64,000 nucleotides of DNA from Candidatus Latescibacterota bacterium (GTDB lineage: Bacteria > Latescibacterota > UBA2968 > UBA8231): NCBI GenBank assembly GCA_965223905.1, contig CBDCXV010000001.1:384001-448000 (forward strand). The letters run 5' to 3'. Below the pieces are notes generated by a model. It was not told the origin of the DNA, made no database searches, and saw nothing but the letters and a program-made list of their open reading frames with translations. Positions 61,070-64,000 of this stretch are shown one piece after another. Position 1 is the first letter of the stretch. Every line of letters starts with the position of its first letter. The translations under genes and the position numbers were made by a program.

Positions 61070-62538
61070 CCCTGGGCGTCATCCTCGTCTACCTGCTGCT
61101 CGTCCTCTTCGTCGGGGGGCTGAGCCACCGCCTCTTCCGGGGGACCGGCGAGGACTACTTCGTCGCCAGCCGCACCGTCGGGCCGTTCCTGCTGCTGATG
61201 TCGCTGTTCGGCACCAACATGACCGCCTTCGCCATCCTCGGGGCCTCGGGAGAAGCCTACCACGAGGGGATCGGGGTGTTCGGCCTGATGGCCTCGGCCT
61301 CGGCCCTGGTCATTCCCTGCGTCTTCTTCTTCGTCGGCACGCGGCTGTGGGCGATCGGCAAGCGCCACGGGTTCCTGACCCAGGTACAGTACTTCCGCCG
61401 GCGCTGGGACAGCGACGGGCTGGGGCTGCTGCTGTTCGCGGTGCTGATCGCCCTCGTCGTTCCCTACCTGCTGATCGGGGTGATGGGAGGCGGACTGACG
61501 CTGCACCAGATCACCAAGGGGCAGGTCCCGGAGTGGGTCGGTGGGCTGCTGGTCTGCGCCGTGGTGATGACCTACGTCTGCTACGGCGGCCTGCGCGGCA
61601 CGGCCTGGGCAAACGCCTTCCAGACCCTCGTCTTCATGGTTCTCGGCGGCGTAGCCTTCGTCGTCATCCTCGGCGAGCTCGGCGGCCTCGAGGCGGCGAT
61701 GACGGCGGTGGCCGCCGCCCATCCCGACCTGATGGTCAGGTCGGCGCACATCGAGCCGGCCAAGTGGCTTTCCTACACCTGCATCCCGCTGTCGGTCGGC
61801 ATGTTCCCGCACATGTTCATGCACTGGCTCACCGCCCGCAGCGCCGGGACCTTCCGCTACCCGCTGATGTTCTACCCCCTGTGCATCGCCGCGGTCTGGG
61901 TGCCGAGCGTGACCCTCGGCATCGCCGGGCGCCTCGACTTTCCCGACCTCGCAGGGCCGGCGGCCAACTCGGTGCTGGTGAAGATGATCGACCTGCACGC
62001 GCCGGAGCTGCTGGCCGGGCTGCTGGCGGCCGGGGTATTCGCCGCGGTCATGTCCTCCCTCGACTCGCAGGTGCTGTCGATCGGGACCATGTTCACCCAG
62101 GACATCGTCCGCCACTACGGCGGGAAGGACAGCATGAGCGAGCGCCGGCAGGTGCTCTACGGCCGCCTCTTCGTCGCGGGGGTTCTGGTCGTCACCTTCC
62201 TCCTGGCGCAGGTGGCCGACCGCAGCATCTTCAAGCTCGCGGTCTGGTCATTCACCGGGTTCGCCTCCCTTTTCCCGGTGGTTCTGGCGGCGCTGTTCTG
62301 GCGCCGGAGCACGAAGGCGGGAGCCTTCGCCTCGATCGTCAGCGTCGTCCTGCTCTGGAGCTACTTCTTCGCCCGCGGCTGGGAGACCCCTGACTACACC
62401 GTCGCCGGCAGCGGCGTCATGCCGGTGGCCGTCATCCTCGCGGCGTCCGCGGCCGCCATGGTCGCCGGGTCGCTGCTGACGCGCCCGCCCGCGCCCGAGG
62501 TGCTGCGGCGCTTCTTCCCGGATCGGAACGGTTCGTAG
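61066..62538 (+). CDS. Sodium:solute symporter family protein
   Basis: DYFVASR, GGLRGTAWANAFQ, AAVMSSLDSQ, many TM helices. Confidence 0.92.
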   Translation: MTLGVILVYLLLVLFVGGLSHRLFRGTGEDYFVASRTVGPFLLLMSLFGTNMTAFAILGASGEAYHEGIGVFGLMASASALVIPCVFFFVGTRLWAIGKRHGFLTQVQYFRRRWDSDGLGLLLFAVLIALVVPYLLIGVMGGGLTLHQITKGQVPEWVGGLLVCAVVMTYVCYGGLRGTAWANAFQTLVFMVLGGVAFVVILGELGGLEAAMTAVAAAHPDLMVRSAHIEPAKWLSYTCIPLSVGMFPHMFMHWLTARSAGTFRYPLMFYPLCIAAVWVPSVTLGIAGRLDFPDLAGPAANSVLVKMIDLHAPELLAGLLAAGVFAAVMSSLDSQVLSIGTMFTQDIVRHYGGKDSMSERRQVLYGRLFVAGVLVVTFLLAQVADRSIFKLAVWSFTGFASLFPVVLAALFWRRSTKAGAFASIVSVVLLWSYFFARGWETPDYTVAGSGVMPVAVILAASAAAMVAGSLLTRPPAPEVLRRFFPDRNGS

Positions 62539-62575
62539 GGACCGGGCCGGGCCGCGTGGCTTTTCTCGTTCCCCC

Positions 62576-63907
62576 ATGCGCGTAGGCTACATCACCGCCG
62601 GGGCCGCGGGCATGTACTGCGGCGCCTGCATCCACGACAACACCCTTGCCGCGGCGCTGATGCGCCGGGGGGTCGAGGTCGCCCTGGTGCCGACCTACAC
62701 CCCGCTGCGCACCGACGAGGCGGACGTCAGCCTGAAGCAGGTGTTCTACGGCGGCATCGGGGTCTATCTCGAGCAGAAGCTGCCGCCGTTCCGGCGCATG
62801 CCCCGGTTCGTCGACTGGGCCCTCAGGCGTCCCGCCCTGCTGAAGGGGGTGTCGCGGTTCTCCGCGGCGACGCGGGCCGAGGACCTCGGGGCCCTCACCG
62901 TGTCCGTGCTCAAGGGACCGGAGGGCCATCAGCGACGCGAGCTCGAACGGCTCGTCGAGTGGCTGCGCACCGATTTCAGGCCCGATATCGTGCTGCTCAC
63001 CAACAGCCTCTTCCTCGGCCTGGCGGGGAGGCTGAAGAGCGCCCTCGGGGTACCGGTGCTGTGCGCGGTGCAGGGGGAGGAGATCTTCCTCGAGGCGCTC
63101 GTCGAGCCGTACCGCTCCCAGGTCCTCGGCCTGCTGCGCGAGCGAGCCGGCGACGCCGACGGTTTCGTCGCCCCCAGCACATACGCCGCCGACTTGATGG
63201 CGCAGTATCTCCAGGTCGAGCGCGACCGCTTCCGCGTGGTGCCCCTCGGGCTGCACCTCCCCGGACACGGCGAAGGCGACGCCGCGGCGCCCCCTTCCGC
63301 GGAGGCGCCGTTCACCATCGGGTTCCTGGCGCGGATCTGCCCGGAGAAGGGGCTGCACCTGCTCGCCGAGGCGTTCGCGCTCCTCGCCGAAGAGAGAGGT
63401 GCGGAGTCGGTGAGGCTGCTGGCTGCCGGTTGGCTCGGCGCCGGCGACCGCCCCTACCTGAGGGAGGTCGAGGAAACCCTGCGGCGGGCCGGACTCGCGG
63501 CGCGCTTCGAGTACCGGGGGAAGCTGGATCGGACGCAGAAGATCCGTTTCTTACGGGAGCTCCACGTGCTCTCGGTGCCGGCCCCCTTCAAGGAGCCGAA
63601 GGGGCTCTACGTCCTCGAGGCGCTGGCCAACGGCGTGCCGGTCGTCCAGCCCGATCACGGCGCCTTCCCGGAGCTGATCGCGGCAACAGGCGGCGGCCTT
63701 CTCGCCGCCGGGGCCACGGCGGAAGCGGTCGCGGCCGGCATCGGGCAGCTGGTCGACGACGAGGCCCTGCGGCAGCGCCTGGCCGCCCGCGGCAGAGAGG
63801 CGGTTCGCGAGCGCTTCAACGACGGCGTCATGGCCGCCGAGACCCACGCCCTGTTCGAGCGCTTCGTTCCATCCCGCCCGTCCACCCGCAAAGAGGAAAT
63901 CCCATGA
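62576..63907 (+). CDS. Glycosyltransferase family 4 with N-terminal YCGAC motif
   Basis: ARICPEKG, EPKGLYVLEALANGVPVV. Confidence 0.9.
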   Translation: MRVGYITAGAAGMYCGACIHDNTLAAALMRRGVEVALVPTYTPLRTDEADVSLKQVFYGGIGVYLEQKLPPFRRMPRFVDWALRRPALLKGVSRFSAATRAEDLGALTVSVLKGPEGHQRRELERLVEWLRTDFRPDIVLLTNSLFLGLAGRLKSALGVPVLCAVQGEEIFLEALVEPYRSQVLGLLRERAGDADGFVAPSTYAADLMAQYLQVERDRFRVVPLGLHLPGHGEGDAAAPPSAEAPFTIGFLARICPEKGLHLLAEAFALLAEERGAESVRLLAAGWLGAGDRPYLREVEETLRRAGLAARFEYRGKLDRTQKIRFLRELHVLSVPAPFKEPKGLYVLEALANGVPVVQPDHGAFPELIAATGGGLLAAGATAEAVAAGIGQLVDDEALRQRLAARGREAVRERFNDGVMAAETHALFERFVPSRPSTRKEEIP

Positions 63908-64000
63908 CCTGGTTGCTGTTCGCCTTCATCACCGTGGCCTCCTGGGGGCTGTACGGAGTCCTCCTGCACAGCGGACAGACGGCGATGGCCGATCCCGTCA
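63904..64000 (+). CDS. Membrane protein (DMT/EamA-like), partial
   Basis: MTWLLFAFITVASWGLYGVLLH; ATGA overlap with GT4; GAGG RBS. Confidence 0.65.
   Translation, partial: MTWLLFAFITVASWGLYGVLLHSGQTAMADPV

Overview
High-GC bacterial chromosomal window. A FlgD/T9SS-like C-terminal domain and multiple PhyH, SMP-30 and PQQ-like propeller paralogs suggest an FCB-group organism such as Latescibacterota (inference). 1-7.7 kb is a decaying mobile/defence patch: a single-ORF IS66 inserted into the 5' end of a GHKL-ATPase/DUF3883 nuclease gene, IS256 and Fic remnants, and a Phd-PIN toxin-antitoxin pair. 7.7-44.7 kb holds mostly catabolic and housekeeping genes (ABC permeases, oxidoreductases, peptidases, ATP-dependent ligase, dgcN-dgcA, acylase, cfa), plus a small AT-richer patch with frameshifted PLD and nucleotidyltransferase genes. 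From 44.8 kb to the end is a co-directional, largely translationally coupled cluster of unknown product: three PQQ-like beta-propellers, an EhpF/GriC-like adenylating enzyme, an ALDH-fold reductase, an Fe-ADH, a HemN-like radical SAM enzyme, a TonB receptor, a PaaK-like ligase, a flavin halogenase-like enzyme, a sodium:solute symporter and a GT4. A 1.5-kb AT-richer TA-bearing insert interrupts it. This cluster is the best candidate for an undescribed system. No rRNA, tRNA or CRISPR array was seen. All family calls come from motif recognition by eye, not database searches.
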